The notes under the pieces were generated by a model that saw nothing but the letters and a program-made list of their open reading frames with translations, was not told the DNA's origin and did no database searches. Of a stretch of 64,000 bases of DNA, positions 36,780-46,726 are shown piece by piece (within the stretch, counting starts at the first letter, position 1; every line of letters begins with the position of its first letter). The translations under genes were made by a program, and so were the position numbers. The stretch is taken from NCBI GenBank assembly GCA_964538435.1, contig CAZIDX010000001.1, positions 203,304-267,303 of the forward strand, read 5' to 3'. Source of the DNA: an uncultured Gammaproteobacteria bacterium (lineage in GTDB: Bacteria; Patescibacteriota; Patescibacteriia; UBA9934; GWF2-40-263).

Positions 36780-38549
36780 CTATTGCTCGAGCTGTTTTAA
36801 TAATGCAGCAACAGCGTCCTTATCTCCCGCCGCTTCTGCTTGTCGAAGTTGACGCGCAAGCTCTGCACGTCGAAGTTTTGTCTTGTTGCGATCAAGCACA
36901 ACAAATAAATTGTCGAGTTGTTCCAGCACCTGTATGCGCGATAGTTCAGCAAAGGTTTGTTCGGCCAAAAGTGATGATGTATCGACGATCGACAAAAGTT
37001 GATCTCGATCTTGGCGGCCTTCTACCTTGTTGCGGACTCGCGAAAATATTGATTTCTGTGCTGAATTGCTAGCAAAATCATACTCTTCTTCGAGCATCTT
37101 GTAAAGCGTTATCCACAGATCGCTTGACGGACGATAATCCTTTGTTCTCTCCAAAATCTCCCTATCTTCAGTAGTTAATACGTACCCAAACACAAGAAGC
37201 TGAATCCTCTTCTCCTTGCTCATCTTTTCAACCTCAGGCTTCTTTGCCTTTGTTTGAGCTTGTTTCACTGTCTTTTTTGGAGAAATAGATTCCCGAAGCG
37301 CCTTAATATCAACCTTTAAAAGATCCGAGACGATTTGCAGCCAATGCTCCCGCTCAACAACATCCTGCACCTCACTTATTGCAGGTAAAAGCTCTTTTCC
37401 AACCGCTCGCTTATCATCAACGCTCGACAAGTCTTTACCCTTTGTCACATGCGAAATCAAAAACTCCATGATTGGCACAGACGCTTCTGTCAGCTGCTTC
37501 CACGCGCTTGCATCTTTTTGCACAAGCTCATCTGGATCTTTTACATCATCTGGCAAAATCGCAGCCCGAATATCCAATCCCAAACCACGCGCAAGCGACA
37601 TCCCTTTCTTTGCTGCTGCAAACCCAGCCGCATCAGAGTCAAACGCAAACACAATCGTCTCTGTGTAACGCTTGAGCAGCGTGAGCTGATCTTCAGTTAA
37701 TGCCGTGCCTGAGCTTGCAACAATATGCTTCACATCTGCCTTGTGCGATGCAACAACATCAAGGTTGCCTTCTGTCACGATAATAAACCCAGCATGCTTT
37801 GCTGGCTGCTTGGCAAGATCAAGGCCATACACCAACTGACTCTTATTATAAATCGGTGTCTGAGGCGAGTTCATGTACTTAGGTCCTGCCTTGTCATCCC
37901 CTGGCATGGCTCTTCCTGTAAACCCAACCGTATTGCCATGATGATCTCGAAGCGGAATCATAATCCGATTCCTAAACCGATCGATCACTCCCGTTCCTCT
38001 CTTCTTTTTCATCCCAAGCCCAGCAACCACAATCTCAGACTCTGAATAGCCGCGCTTAAGCAAAAGTTTGCAAAGCCGATCCCACTCATCTGGCGCGTAC
38101 CCAATCCCAAATGTCACCAAAAGCTCTTCACTCATTCCACGCCCCTCAACATACGCCCTTGCCTGCTTTGAACCATCTGAATCTGAAAGTACTTTGCAAT
38201 AAAACTTCTCAGCAAGCTCATGCATGGCAAGCAGCCGCTGTTTTTGATTCCCTTCGGTTGTGCTAAACCGCTTCACCTCCACCCCAACCTTTTTCCCAAG
38301 ATGAATAAGCGCTTCTGGAAAACTCATACCTTCCATGCGCTGCACAAAACTGTAGCAGTCACCACCCTCACCGCACCCAAAGCAATGCCAGATCTGCTTA
38401 TCTGTTGAAACATGAAAAGAAGGAGTCTTTTCCGCATGAAACGGACAAAGCCCCTTAAACGAATGCGTCCCAGATGGCTTGAGTGTCAAATACTCAGCAA
38501 TCAGCTCCGCAATATCGATCTTGTCTTTAATTTCATCTTTCGGATCCAT
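36780..38549 (-). CDS. dnaG: DNA primase DnaG
   Basis: CHC2 zinc finger (CPFHAEKTPSFHV…HCFGCG) and TOPRIM (…IVTEGNLDVV…). Confidence 0.85.
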   Translation of the reverse strand: MDPKDEIKDKIDIAELIAEYLTLKPSGTHSFKGLCPFHAEKTPSFHVSTDKQIWHCFGCGEGGDCYSFVQRMEGMSFPEALIHLGKKVGVEVKRFSTTEGNQKQRLLAMHELAEKFYCKVLSDSDGSKQARAYVEGRGMSEELLVTFGIGYAPDEWDRLCKLLLKRGYSESEIVVAGLGMKKKRGTGVIDRFRNRIMIPLRDHHGNTVGFTGRAMPGDDKAGPKYMNSPQTPIYNKSQLVYGLDLAKQPAKHAGFIIVTEGNLDVVASHKADVKHIVASSGTALTEDQLTLLKRYTETIVFAFDSDAAGFAAAKKGMSLARGLGLDIRAAILPDDVKDPDELVQKDASAWKQLTEASVPIMEFLISHVTKGKDLSSVDDKRAVGKELLPAISEVQDVVEREHWLQIVSDLLKVDIKALRESISPKKTVKQAQTKAKKPEVEKMSKEKRIQLLVFGYVLTTEDREILERTKDYRPSSDLWITLYKMLEEEYDFASNSAQKSIFSRVRNKVEGRQDRDQLLSIVDTSSLLAEQTFAELSRIQVLEQLDNLFVVLDRNKTKLRRAELARQLRQAEAAGDKDAVAALLKQLEQ

Positions 38550-38602
38550 GTACGCACACTTTAACCCAATCCAAAAACGGGGTCCAATCCCCGCTTTTTA
38601 AA

Positions 38603-39568
38603 CTACCCACGAACTACCGCGAAAACGATATATGCAATATAAAGCAGAATAAACAAGGCGCCAGTTCGCTTACCAATCTCATGTTTCTTTTCAGATTGCA
38701 ACAAAATAGCAAGCAAAAGCACCGTCACAACCATCACAGCGACGGCATCCATAATACTATCGTTTTTAAATGGAAGAGGATTCACAATCGCAGTTGCCCC
38801 AAGAACAAACAATGAGTTGAAAATAATCGTTCCAACAATTCCACCCACAACCAAATCAACATGCTTTTTCTTTGCAGCAGAAATCGCTGTTACAATCTCA
38901 GGCAAAGACGTTCCTGCTGCAACAACTGTAAGTCCAATCAAATTTTCTGACATACCAACCCCTGCCGCAATCCCAACCGCTGCTTCAACAGTAAGATAAC
39001 CACCGATCGCAAGCGCAGCAATTCCACCAAAGATCGAGCCAAACATCCTCCATGTTCCCATGGTTGGAATATGCTCCTGCGGCTGCTCTCCAGACTTTTT
39101 CACACCAAACGTATACACCAAGAAAATGAGGAAGAAGCTAAACAGTGCGATACCTTCTGCTCGAGTGATCGCATTTGGAAGAGTTCCATCTAAAAAGTAA
39201 TCGCTCCCGAACACAAGAATCATGAGTGCTCCCAAAAGTGAAAACGGAATCTCTTTCCAAACCGTCGCACTCTTCAAGCTCAGTGGCACAATGATCGCAG
39301 CGATTCCAAGCCCTAGCAAGATGTCAGCAAAGTTACTTCCCAAAACGTTTCCAATCGACAAATCCGTTGATCCCTGCGTTGCCGCAATGATGTTCACAAA
39401 AAGCTCTGGCGCTGACGTTCCAATCGAGATAATCGTCAAACCAACAATGAGCGCTGGCACACCCATCTTGCGCGCAAGCGATGCAGAACCTGCAACAAAA
39501 TAATCGGCTCCACGGATGAGCAGGAAGAAACCGACGATCACGAGAATAATGTTTGTCAACATACGCAA
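38603..39568 (-). CDS. Sodium/calcium exchanger (CaCA family) membrane protein
   Basis: Two alpha-repeat regions (…GTSAPELFVNI… and …GTSLPEIVTAI…). Confidence 0.7.
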   Translation of the reverse strand: MRMLTNIILVIVGFFLLIRGADYFVAGSASLARKMGVPALIVGLTIISIGTSAPELFVNIIAATQGSTDLSIGNVLGSNFADILLGLGIAAIIVPLSLKSATVWKEIPFSLLGALMILVFGSDYFLDGTLPNAITRAEGIALFSFFLIFLVYTFGVKKSGEQPQEHIPTMGTWRMFGSIFGGIAALAIGGYLTVEAAVGIAAGVGMSENLIGLTVVAAGTSLPEIVTAISAAKKKHVDLVVGGIVGTIIFNSLFVLGATAIVNPLPFKNDSIMDAVAVMVVTVLLLAILLQSEKKHEIGKRTGALFILLYIAYIVFAVVRG

Positions 39569-39620
39569 GAAATTATATCATAGGGACGTGCAACTGATAA
39601 TAAATACGGGGATAACCGCT

Positions 39621-40409
39621 ATGGCCACAACACTCTTTAGTACGCTCACAGAAAAAGACAAGAGCGACGCAATCAAACGTCTCATTGATGAAAGCACACC
39701 GCGCGACGAATTCTTTCTCATGACCGTGCTTTCTGTTCTCATGGCAGCGTTTGGGCTTCTCATTGATAGCTCAGCCGTAATCATAGGGTCCATGCTGATC
39801 GCCCCACTTCTCTCACCAATCCTCGGTGTCTCACTCGGGGTTGTCATGGCAGACTCCAAGCTCATGATGCGCTCGCTCATCACAATCGGAAAAGCCTTGC
39901 TTTGGTCCATCCCAGCCGCTGCCGTCGTCACACTCCTGTTTGCAACACAAGTAGACCTTGGAACAGCAATGAATGGTGAAATCCTGGCTCGAACAGAAGT
40001 CTCGATTGTCTATATTGCAATCGCAGTCATCGCTGGTTTCGCAGCATCATTTGCACTGATCAAACCACAACTAAGTGCCACTCTCCCTGGAGTAGCGATC
40101 TCAGTCGCAATCATCCCTCCACTTGCTGTAACAGGAATCGGAATCGCCAACTTCAACTGGAACATGATCACCAGCTCATTCATCCTCTTCCTCATCAACG
40201 CAATCAGCATCGTCTTCGCCAGCATGATCGTATTCTCATTCATGAACCTCTACGTAAAACGAGCCGTTGCTGATAAAGCCATCGAAGAAGAGGATAAGGA
40301 ACTAGAAGCAGATAAAAAGAAAGCAGAAAAAGCCGCAGAGATCAGAAAAAAGCAAACCGACATTCTAGAAAAAGTCGACAAGGCACTAGAGAAAGCTGAA
40401 GAGGAATAA
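39621..40409 (+). CDS. DUF389-like membrane protein with charged coiled-coil C-terminal tail
   Basis: Start moved to MATTLFS. Polytopic core, K/E-rich tail. Confidence 0.5.
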   Translation: MATTLFSTLTEKDKSDAIKRLIDESTPRDEFFLMTVLSVLMAAFGLLIDSSAVIIGSMLIAPLLSPILGVSLGVVMADSKLMMRSLITIGKALLWSIPAAAVVTLLFATQVDLGTAMNGEILARTEVSIVYIAIAVIAGFAASFALIKPQLSATLPGVAISVAIIPPLAVTGIGIANFNWNMITSSFILFLINAISIVFASMIVFSFMNLYVKRAVADKAIEEEDKELEADKKKAEKAAEIRKKQTDILEKVDKALEKAEEE

Positions 40410-40489
40410 ACAAACTAAAAAAGAGCCCCACGGCTCTTTTTCTTATTGCAGAGAAAGTGTTTCTTCTGTATAGTTTCACGCGTAAATAT

Positions 40490-40577
40490 GGAGAGGTGGC
40501 CGAGTGGTTTAAGGCGCACGCTTGGAAAGCGTGTTGAGTGAAAGCTCACGCAGGTTCGAATCCTGTCCTCTCCGCCA
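40490..40577 (+). tRNA. tRNA-Ser (anticodon GGA), long variable arm, CCA encoded
   Basis: GGAGAGG-TG-GCCGAGTGGTTTAAGGC…CTTGGAAAG…variable arm…GGTTCGAATCC…CCTCTCCGCCA, followed by a hairpin terminator at 40578-40620. Confidence 0.85.
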
Positions 40578-40790
40578 AAAAAAGAACCTTAAACATCTTG
40601 AGGTTCTTTTTGTTTTTTCATTCATATCTTCATACCATCCATTGTTCGTGCAATAACACAAGCCACCACCCCCCAAAGGGAACCAAACCAGCAACACAAT
40701 CCCGACACCCACATACACACCCTGAAAGAATTAATGAGTTCATTCTATTGGAAAAGCCTCACGCCGTATACGTGAGACTGAGCAGGATAG

Positions 40791-41066
40791 CTACTTGAGG
40801 AACGCGTCGACCACAGCATCGATGATGCCAGGCTTTTTCCGACGATCAGCAGCCTGCTGCTTTGCGATCCTGGTATTCGACTCGATCCGACCACGGCGTT
40901 CCATGGCCTTATGAGCCTTCGAGTCGTTGCACGAACAACGCTTGCTCCCGTAGTTGCTGGGAATCTGACCACCGATGCACTTTTTGCATCCACACGCACA
41001 TCCACACACACCCATTCTTCTCTCCTTTGCAGCTTTTGCTGCTTTTTGGGCTGTCTTCTCTCTCAT
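40791..41066 (-). CDS. Small Cys-rich protein (CGCACGCKKC…CSC), unknown function
   Basis: Short ORF with a metal-binding-like Cys cluster. Start uncertain. Confidence 0.3.
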   Translation of the reverse strand: MREKTAQKAAKAAKERRMGVCGCACGCKKCIGGQIPSNYGSKRCSCNDSKAHKAMERRGRIESNTRIAKQQAADRRKKPGIIDAVVDAFLK

Positions 41067-41253
41067 TACCAATCTATCAAGACCACAAAAACTAACAATC
41101 ATATCCGTTTTATTGTTGTGGATTGCTAGATTTTAGCACTCATGCTAGCGTAAAAAACAACGGGGAATCCCGTCGTTAGATATCTGAATCCACTTCGTAC
41201 CTACGAAATAATTTCACCATTTTTGCTTTTCACCCCCTCAAACCAACCATCAT

Positions 41254-42108
41254 ATGCAAACATTCCGCCATTACTCCAAGAAACTCAAAGAGCTTGGAAT
41301 GTCCGCGCGCGTAAGCGAGGTTTACCTTGCCCTGCTACATGAAGGTGTAACTGGCGCTGCAAAAGTAGCAAGAAAACTAGATCGTCCCAAAAGCTCAGTG
41401 CTTGATGACCTCAACTGGCTCGCATCAAAGGGTTTTGTGTCACGGCACAAGAAACGTAACACCTTTATGTTTGATGCCGACCCTTCCCTTCTTCAAATCA
41501 GCATCAAAAAACAACGCCGCGAACTTGAAAACCTTGAAGAAAAAGCCGGACGCCTTGCGGCAGAACTTGACACAATGTATCAACTCCCGAGCAAAAAGCC
41601 ACAAATTGAATACCTCGATGGCAAAGATGGAGTCAAGGCAGCCTTCCAAGACATTCTCAGGCACCCAGGCACTGAACTTGTCGGGTACGGCGACATTCAA
41701 TCAGAGCTCGATGCATTCCCCAAACTCTTTCCCGGCTACTATAAAATGCGTGCCCGAAATCGCATTGGTGGGAACGGCATCCTCCCAGCCTCCCCAGCCT
41801 CACTCAAAGAATGTTGGAGCAACGACGAAAAACATCTTCGCAAAACCAGATTTGTGAATCTAGACAAGTATCACCCCATTGGTTTTTACGTCTACGAAGA
41901 CAATGTCTCCATCATCTCACTCAACGAACTCTTCGCAGTAATCATCCGCTCTCGCCCTGCTGCCCGCTGTCTGCACACCATGTTCAAACTTGCACTTAAA
42001 GGAGCAGAAACAGAAGATCAGGAAATCCGCGACTGGATTGAAAACATTGGCATCAATGAAGCCATCAAACAAAATCAGGTAGAATTTGATAAAATCAAAT
42101 CACTATGA
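41254..42108 (+). CDS. TrmB-like transcriptional regulator (N-terminal winged HTH)
   Basis: N-terminal ~70-aa wHTH followed by a ~200-aa effector-domain-like region. Confidence 0.45.
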   Translation: MQTFRHYSKKLKELGMSARVSEVYLALLHEGVTGAAKVARKLDRPKSSVLDDLNWLASKGFVSRHKKRNTFMFDADPSLLQISIKKQRRELENLEEKAGRLAAELDTMYQLPSKKPQIEYLDGKDGVKAAFQDILRHPGTELVGYGDIQSELDAFPKLFPGYYKMRARNRIGGNGILPASPASLKECWSNDEKHLRKTRFVNLDKYHPIGFYVYEDNVSIISLNELFAVIIRSRPAARCLHTMFKLALKGAETEDQEIRDWIENIGINEAIKQNQVEFDKIKSL

Positions 42109-42677
42109 ACATTGCAATCGACATCGACGAAGTGTTAGCCCAGTTCCTGCAGGGAGTAATCGACTATCACAATCACACCTATAAAACCAATCTCGTTGCT
42201 GATCAATTCAAATCTTACTATTTTTGGGAGACCTGGGGCGGCACTCGAGAACAAGCCATAAAGAAAGTTGCTGACTTTTCAAAATCCGACTTTTACACAA
42301 ACATCAAACCTGTTGACGGCGCGCAAGAAGCAATTCAAACACTCAAACAGAACCATTCACTTTTTGTTGTAACCGCAAGACCTGAAACCATGGAAAAGGA
42401 AACCTTGTCTTGGCTCAACAGACACTTCCCAGACTGTTTTCAAGAGGTGGTATTTACCAACCATTGGGCTGATGGTTGTGAAGCAATTTCAAAAGGAGAT
42501 GTGTGCGACCGATTTGGTGCAGAGCTCCACATCGAGGACAATATCGACTATGCAAAAGAGTGTCTGAATGGGAAACGACACGTTCTCCTCATGGACCAGC
42601 CCTGGAACCAATCAAACTCTCTCCCAGACGGCGTAACCCGCGTTTTTTCCTGGGAGGAAATCCTAAAACTCATATAA
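42105..42677 (+). CDS. HAD-like 5'(3')-deoxyribonucleotidase family protein
   Basis: IAIDIDEVLA (DxD motif). ATGA overlap with the previous gene. Confidence 0.55.
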   Translation: MNIAIDIDEVLAQFLQGVIDYHNHTYKTNLVADQFKSYYFWETWGGTREQAIKKVADFSKSDFYTNIKPVDGAQEAIQTLKQNHSLFVVTARPETMEKETLSWLNRHFPDCFQEVVFTNHWADGCEAISKGDVCDRFGAELHIEDNIDYAKECLNGKRHVLLMDQPWNQSNSLPDGVTRVFSWEEILKLI

Positions 42678-42793
42678 AACAAAGAACTCCCAAATGGAAG
42701 TCTTGCCCGCCAGAGCTACAGCGACGGAGGGTTTTGGATTGACAAATCTCCCCAAACAAGGCTAAATCTAGTCGTGAAACACTGGGAGGAATC

Positions 42794-43240
42794 GTGGAAA
42801 TTCTCAAATCCGTCTTGTTCATCGAGTTCCTGGTCGACTGGCCCCTTGGCACGTTCATGGCCCTGCTCATCTATGCAGGCATCCTGGGCGGCATCTCGTT
42901 CCTGATCTACTGGATCTACACCGAGCTCAACGAATACAACCGCCCGGCCATCCGCGGTCCGGCCGTCATCATCAGCAAGACCTTCATTGCTGCACACCCT
43001 CAACTCGTACCTGACTTCAACTCGTCAGATGGAACTGTGGAGATGATCCGTGTCAACATTCCAGACCATTGGTATATCACCATCATGGTCAAAGGTTCAG
43101 TGCCTCTGCAAGGATCAATCTCTGTAGCGCAACACCTCTACGAATCCGTCGAGGAAGGCCAAGTGGTGGAAGCTCTCTACTACATCACGCGATTCTCCCA
43201 CGAGCTCAAACCCCAAGAACTCTACCAGACCGCGGCGTAG
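42794..43240 (+). CDS. Small N-terminally anchored membrane protein (high GC), paralog A
   Basis: GTG start after GGAGG. A tandem paralog follows. Confidence 0.4.
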   Translation: MEILKSVLFIEFLVDWPLGTFMALLIYAGILGGISFLIYWIYTELNEYNRPAIRGPAVIISKTFIAAHPQLVPDFNSSDGTVEMIRVNIPDHWYITIMVKGSVPLQGSISVAQHLYESVEEGQVVEALYYITRFSHELKPQELYQTAA

Positions 43241-43249
43241 GAGAAGAAC

Positions 43250-43708
43250 ATGAGGCTGCTCGATAACATCTTCATGGTCGCCATCTCAACCCTGGTCTGG
43301 GGCCTCATCGCGTACATGTGCCTCAAAGCGTTCCTGTGGCTCTTCAACAAGGCCGATGGATACAAGCGCCCGACCATCAAGACCAACGCCAAAGTCACTG
43401 GCAAGAGAATCATCCCAGCCCATGTCAAACAAGTGACTGACTGGGACTACGAGCACGATGTTCCACACGACTTCGAAGTCGAAGTGCCTGACAAGCACAT
43501 CCTCGAAGTCATCATCAACGAAAAGCCTGCGGAAACCTCCGTAACGAGCGTGCTCTACCCACGCATCAAGACCGGTGATGAGATCCCTGTCTACTACAGC
43601 ACAGGCCGAATCACCAAAAAGATCGTGAGTGCAGAACCCATCTGGCCAAAGCTCTTCAAGCGCTTCCCAGCCCCAAAAACCCACTCAGACTCCCCACCCG
43701 CGGCATGA
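43250..43708 (+). CDS. Small N-terminally anchored membrane protein (high GC), paralog B
   Basis: Same architecture as 42794..43240. Confidence 0.4.
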   Translation: MRLLDNIFMVAISTLVWGLIAYMCLKAFLWLFNKADGYKRPTIKTNAKVTGKRIIPAHVKQVTDWDYEHDVPHDFEVEVPDKHILEVIINEKPAETSVTSVLYPRIKTGDEIPVYYSTGRITKKIVSAEPIWPKLFKRFPAPKTHSDSPPAA

Positions 43709-43831
43709 CCCACGCAAGCCATGCCACCCCCCGCCATAGCTCGCCAGAGCGACGGCGGGTTTTCTAATTGAAAAACCCCTCGTCCGGAGACTCAGGGTTC
43801 GTTGTGCTCGGTGCGTCCGAACACTCTGGAT

Positions 43832-44680
43832 CTACAGATCCGTGACCAACTCCTCGTACCCAGCCTCGCGCGCGGCGCGCTTGAGACGAAGCAAGTTGAG
43901 CTTGTCCACGTTGACCAGGACCTTGCCGATCGTGTCCTTGTTGACCCGGTCGTTGGGCACATAGCCGGCCATGTGGTTGAGGTAGAACTGGGCCACCTCG
44001 GGCGACTCGAACGTGTAGCCGTGCCGCGCCAGGATGCCGTTGTAGACCAGGTGCAGCTCCTCGTACGTCAGCGGCGCGAGCCACTCGACCTCGAGCTTGT
44101 TGCCATCAGCCACCCAGTCCATCAGGGCCAGAGGCGTGGCCTCGAACACGAAGTGGGGGTGTTCGGACTCGATGCTCTCGTACAGAGCCACGATCACGAA
44201 CTCGCGCTCCTCGGGCACCTCGGTCTCGCACTCGCAGTCCTCGAGGGGAAGCGCGCTGTCTCCCATGGGCTCATACTCGAACTGATCCCAGAAGGCCGTG
44301 CACTTGTGATGCTCCTCGGCCGCGAGGATCGCCTTCACCGCAGCATGGTCGTTGGGCGACATGAGCTGTTCGACCGTCTCGGACGTCACGGACTCGTCGC
44401 GCTGGTAGCGCTCCTCACCGATGAAGTGCTCGAGCACCCATTCGTTCGTGAACGCGAACCCGTGCCGCGCGTACACCGCGTTGCGCAGGATGCGCAGCTG
44501 CAAGCACTCGAACCGTTCCATGTTGTCCAGCTCGGTGAGCCGACCGTTCATGAGCAGGTCGTACGTGATGCTCAGATCCGCCTCACGCTCCTTGAGCTCA
44601 GCTTCTGCGGTCACACCCATCACACTCGCCGGCAGCATCGCTGCCAACACCATTCCGATCACCAGAACCAGCTCCCGCAT
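43832..44680 (-). CDS. YARHG-domain protein (two repeats) with signal peptide, high GC
   Basis: LRILRNAVYARHGFAF and LHLVYNGILARHGYTF. Confidence 0.65.
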   Translation of the reverse strand: MRELVLVIGMVLAAMLPASVMGVTAEAELKEREADLSITYDLLMNGRLTELDNMERFECLQLRILRNAVYARHGFAFTNEWVLEHFIGEERYQRDESVTSETVEQLMSPNDHAAVKAILAAEEHHKCTAFWDQFEYEPMGDSALPLEDCECETEVPEEREFVIVALYESIESEHPHFVFEATPLALMDWVADGNKLEVEWLAPLTYEELHLVYNGILARHGYTFESPEVAQFYLNHMAGYVPNDRVNKDTIGKVLVNVDKLNLLRLKRAAREAGYEELVTDL

Positions 44681-44785
44681 GGCTCCTCCTTCCTTGTTGT
44701 TTCTCGTGGATCGAGGGATAAATATACAATATCCACCCTATTTTGTCAACACATGAACCACCAAATCTGCTATACTTAATGCAGT

Positions 44786-45100
44786 ATGCCAAGTCGCACA
44801 CCTGCTCTTCATCACAAACACAGGAGGACCGAAAAACGAGCTGATCATCCTGTGATTGATAAGCTCATTTATTTTGCAGCAATTTTCAGCCCAGCAATGA
44901 CACTAGATCAACTTTGGATCATCTGGGTTGATCAAAACGTAGCAGGCATCTCTTTGCTCACCTGGCTCTCATACACGATCGTGACCTTCATTTGGCTTGC
45001 CTACGGCATCGCACACAAAGAACGCGTCATCATTCTCAGCAACATCATCTGGATCATCATTGACCTTCTTATTGTGTTTGGTGTCATCCTGTACCAATAA
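44786..45100 (+). CDS. Small 3-TM membrane protein, possibly PQ-loop/SemiSWEET-like
   Basis: Hydrophobic 3-helix pattern. Weak resemblance only. Confidence 0.3.
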   Translation: MPSRTPALHHKHRRTEKRADHPVIDKLIYFAAIFSPAMTLDQLWIIWVDQNVAGISLLTWLSYTIVTFIWLAYGIAHKERVIILSNIIWIIIDLLIVFGVILYQ

Positions 45101-45102
45101 CT

Positions 45103-45846
45103 ATGTTCGAACTCTCAACCCTCATCTTTGTAGGAATCATCTTCCTGATCGTGTCGTTTATTAAAGGTGCTACAGGTTTTGGGTTTGGACTGCTCGCACT
45201 CCCGCTCCTCCTCCTCTTTCTCCCACCAGAAACAGCCATCCCTCTCATCCTGGGTCTTGCATTTGTCATTGAAGCAACGCTCCTACCGTCTACGCGAGGA
45301 CACGCTCACATAAAACGCGTCTCACCGCTTGTTATTGGAGGTGTGATCGGAGTTCCATTCGGCTTCTACGTTGTTGACCTTCTTCCATCTCACGTTATCG
45401 GGCTCATCGTAAGCATTCTCATTACAACAGTTGGCGTTCTCATCATCACAAAGAAACTATCCCGCATTCCTGACAACGCAAATCACAGAACAATCGTTGG
45501 ATTCTTTAGCGGTGCCATCCACGGAGCCTCATCTCTTGCAGGCCCCTTCCTTGCAAGCTACCTCGAAGGTGCAGGAGAAAAAAAAGATGACTTTCACGCT
45601 GACATGGTTATCAGCACACTCTTCCTAAGCCTCACAGCCGTGCTCTTCTTTGGAACAGGAGGATATTTTTCTCCTGACATCCTCATGTCCGTAGCGATCA
45701 TGATTCCAGTTGTATTTATCGGCAGCCTATTGGGTGTTGTTTTCGAACACAAAACAAAACAAAAAAGCTTCCACCTAGTTGTTTTATCTATGATAATCTT
45801 CGCGGGACTTCTTTCTTTAGGCTCTCAACTGTACACACTTTTCTAA
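45103..45846 (+). CDS. TSUP (TauE/SafE) family membrane transporter
   Basis: Gly-rich GATGFGFGLLALPLLL motif, repeated in the second half. Confidence 0.7.
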   Translation: MFELSTLIFVGIIFLIVSFIKGATGFGFGLLALPLLLLFLPPETAIPLILGLAFVIEATLLPSTRGHAHIKRVSPLVIGGVIGVPFGFYVVDLLPSHVIGLIVSILITTVGVLIITKKLSRIPDNANHRTIVGFFSGAIHGASSLAGPFLASYLEGAGEKKDDFHADMVISTLFLSLTAVLFFGTGGYFSPDILMSVAIMIPVVFIGSLLGVVFEHKTKQKSFHLVVLSMIIFAGLLSLGSQLYTLF

Positions 45847-45916
45847 AAACAAAACTCAAGCCACCCACACAAGCGCTTGACGCTTGTCTTTTTTTAAGAG
45901 ATTCTAAAATAAAGGT

Positions 45917-46315
45917 ATGAAACGTGTGCTTGCAAAACCCATAAAAGACACACCAAACAACCTTATGAAAAGCGTTGGCTATGTTCGGCATTGCACAGAA
46001 GCTGGGCGCGCCTGCTTTCACAGACCCTTGCATGACATCCCTTTTCCTAGATTCCACGCCTACACCGAAAACACGAAAGAAGGCTTAGAAATTGATCTCC
46101 ACTTTGACCAGTTTGACCCAATCAAACACAAAGGAAATCACGACAAAGAGTGGGCCTATTCTGGAAGTCGTGTAAGAAACGAAATGAAACGAATCTTCGA
46201 AGAATTCAAAGGTGAATCAAAAATCGGCAAAATCAACCAGTCAGTCTCTCGAAAAAAAACTTCTTTTAAAAAACCTCCGAAAAAGAAAAGTTTGTTCGAA
46301 ATCCTTTTCAAATAA
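45917..46315 (+). CDS. Hypothetical protein, tandem paralog 1 (motif FPRFHAYTE…IDLHFDQ)
   Basis: Shares LGY…R.AG…FPR(F/Y)H.Y.E…G…(I/V).LH.DQ…Y.G…EM.RI with the next gene. Confidence 0.4.
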   Translation: MKRVLAKPIKDTPNNLMKSVGYVRHCTEAGRACFHRPLHDIPFPRFHAYTENTKEGLEIDLHFDQFDPIKHKGNHDKEWAYSGSRVRNEMKRIFEEFKGESKIGKINQSVSRKKTSFKKPPKKKSLFEILFK

Positions 46316-46317
46316 TT

Positions 46318-46689
46318 ATGAAAACATTTTTCCCAGGACCACTTCCAGATCACACAAGAAATATTCTCAGGCGCCTAGGCTATGCCGAGCAGCGCACCCG
46401 AGCCGGACAAATCAGCTACACAAAACGTGCTGGAGGCGATCGATTCCCTCGCTACCATGTCTATGCAGAAGATAAAGACGGAGGCATGCAGGTCAACCTT
46501 CACCTCGATCAAAAAGAAGCAAGCTACTCAGGCACCTCAGCGCATGCAGGCGAATACGAAGGACCTCTTGTAGAAAAAGAAATGCACCGCATCAAGCAGT
46601 TTGTTAAGGGGCTCAAGAACGCACCACAATCAAAACCACAGCAAAAAACAGACGACAAGAGCGGGTTCTGGGGAAACTTATTTGGATAA
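46318..46689 (+). CDS. Hypothetical protein, tandem paralog 2
   Basis: See above. Confidence 0.4.
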   Translation: MKTFFPGPLPDHTRNILRRLGYAEQRTRAGQISYTKRAGGDRFPRYHVYAEDKDGGMQVNLHLDQKEASYSGTSAHAGEYEGPLVEKEMHRIKQFVKGLKNAPQSKPQQKTDDKSGFWGNLFG

Positions 46690-46726
46690 TAAAAAAACGG
46701 GATCAACTCCCGTTTTTGATTTATTG

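Noticed and set aside
36505-36852. 115-aa plus-strand ORF ([13 protein letters not shown]…)
   Set aside because: Reverse-frame artefact of the Lys/Ala-rich N-terminal extension of rpoD.
43802-44779. 325-aa plus-strand ORF
   Set aside because: Antisense shadow of the minus-strand YARHG-domain gene in a high-GC stretch. Low-complexity Leu/Val/Arg/His-rich translation with no motifs. The minus-strand ORF has a clear domain signature.
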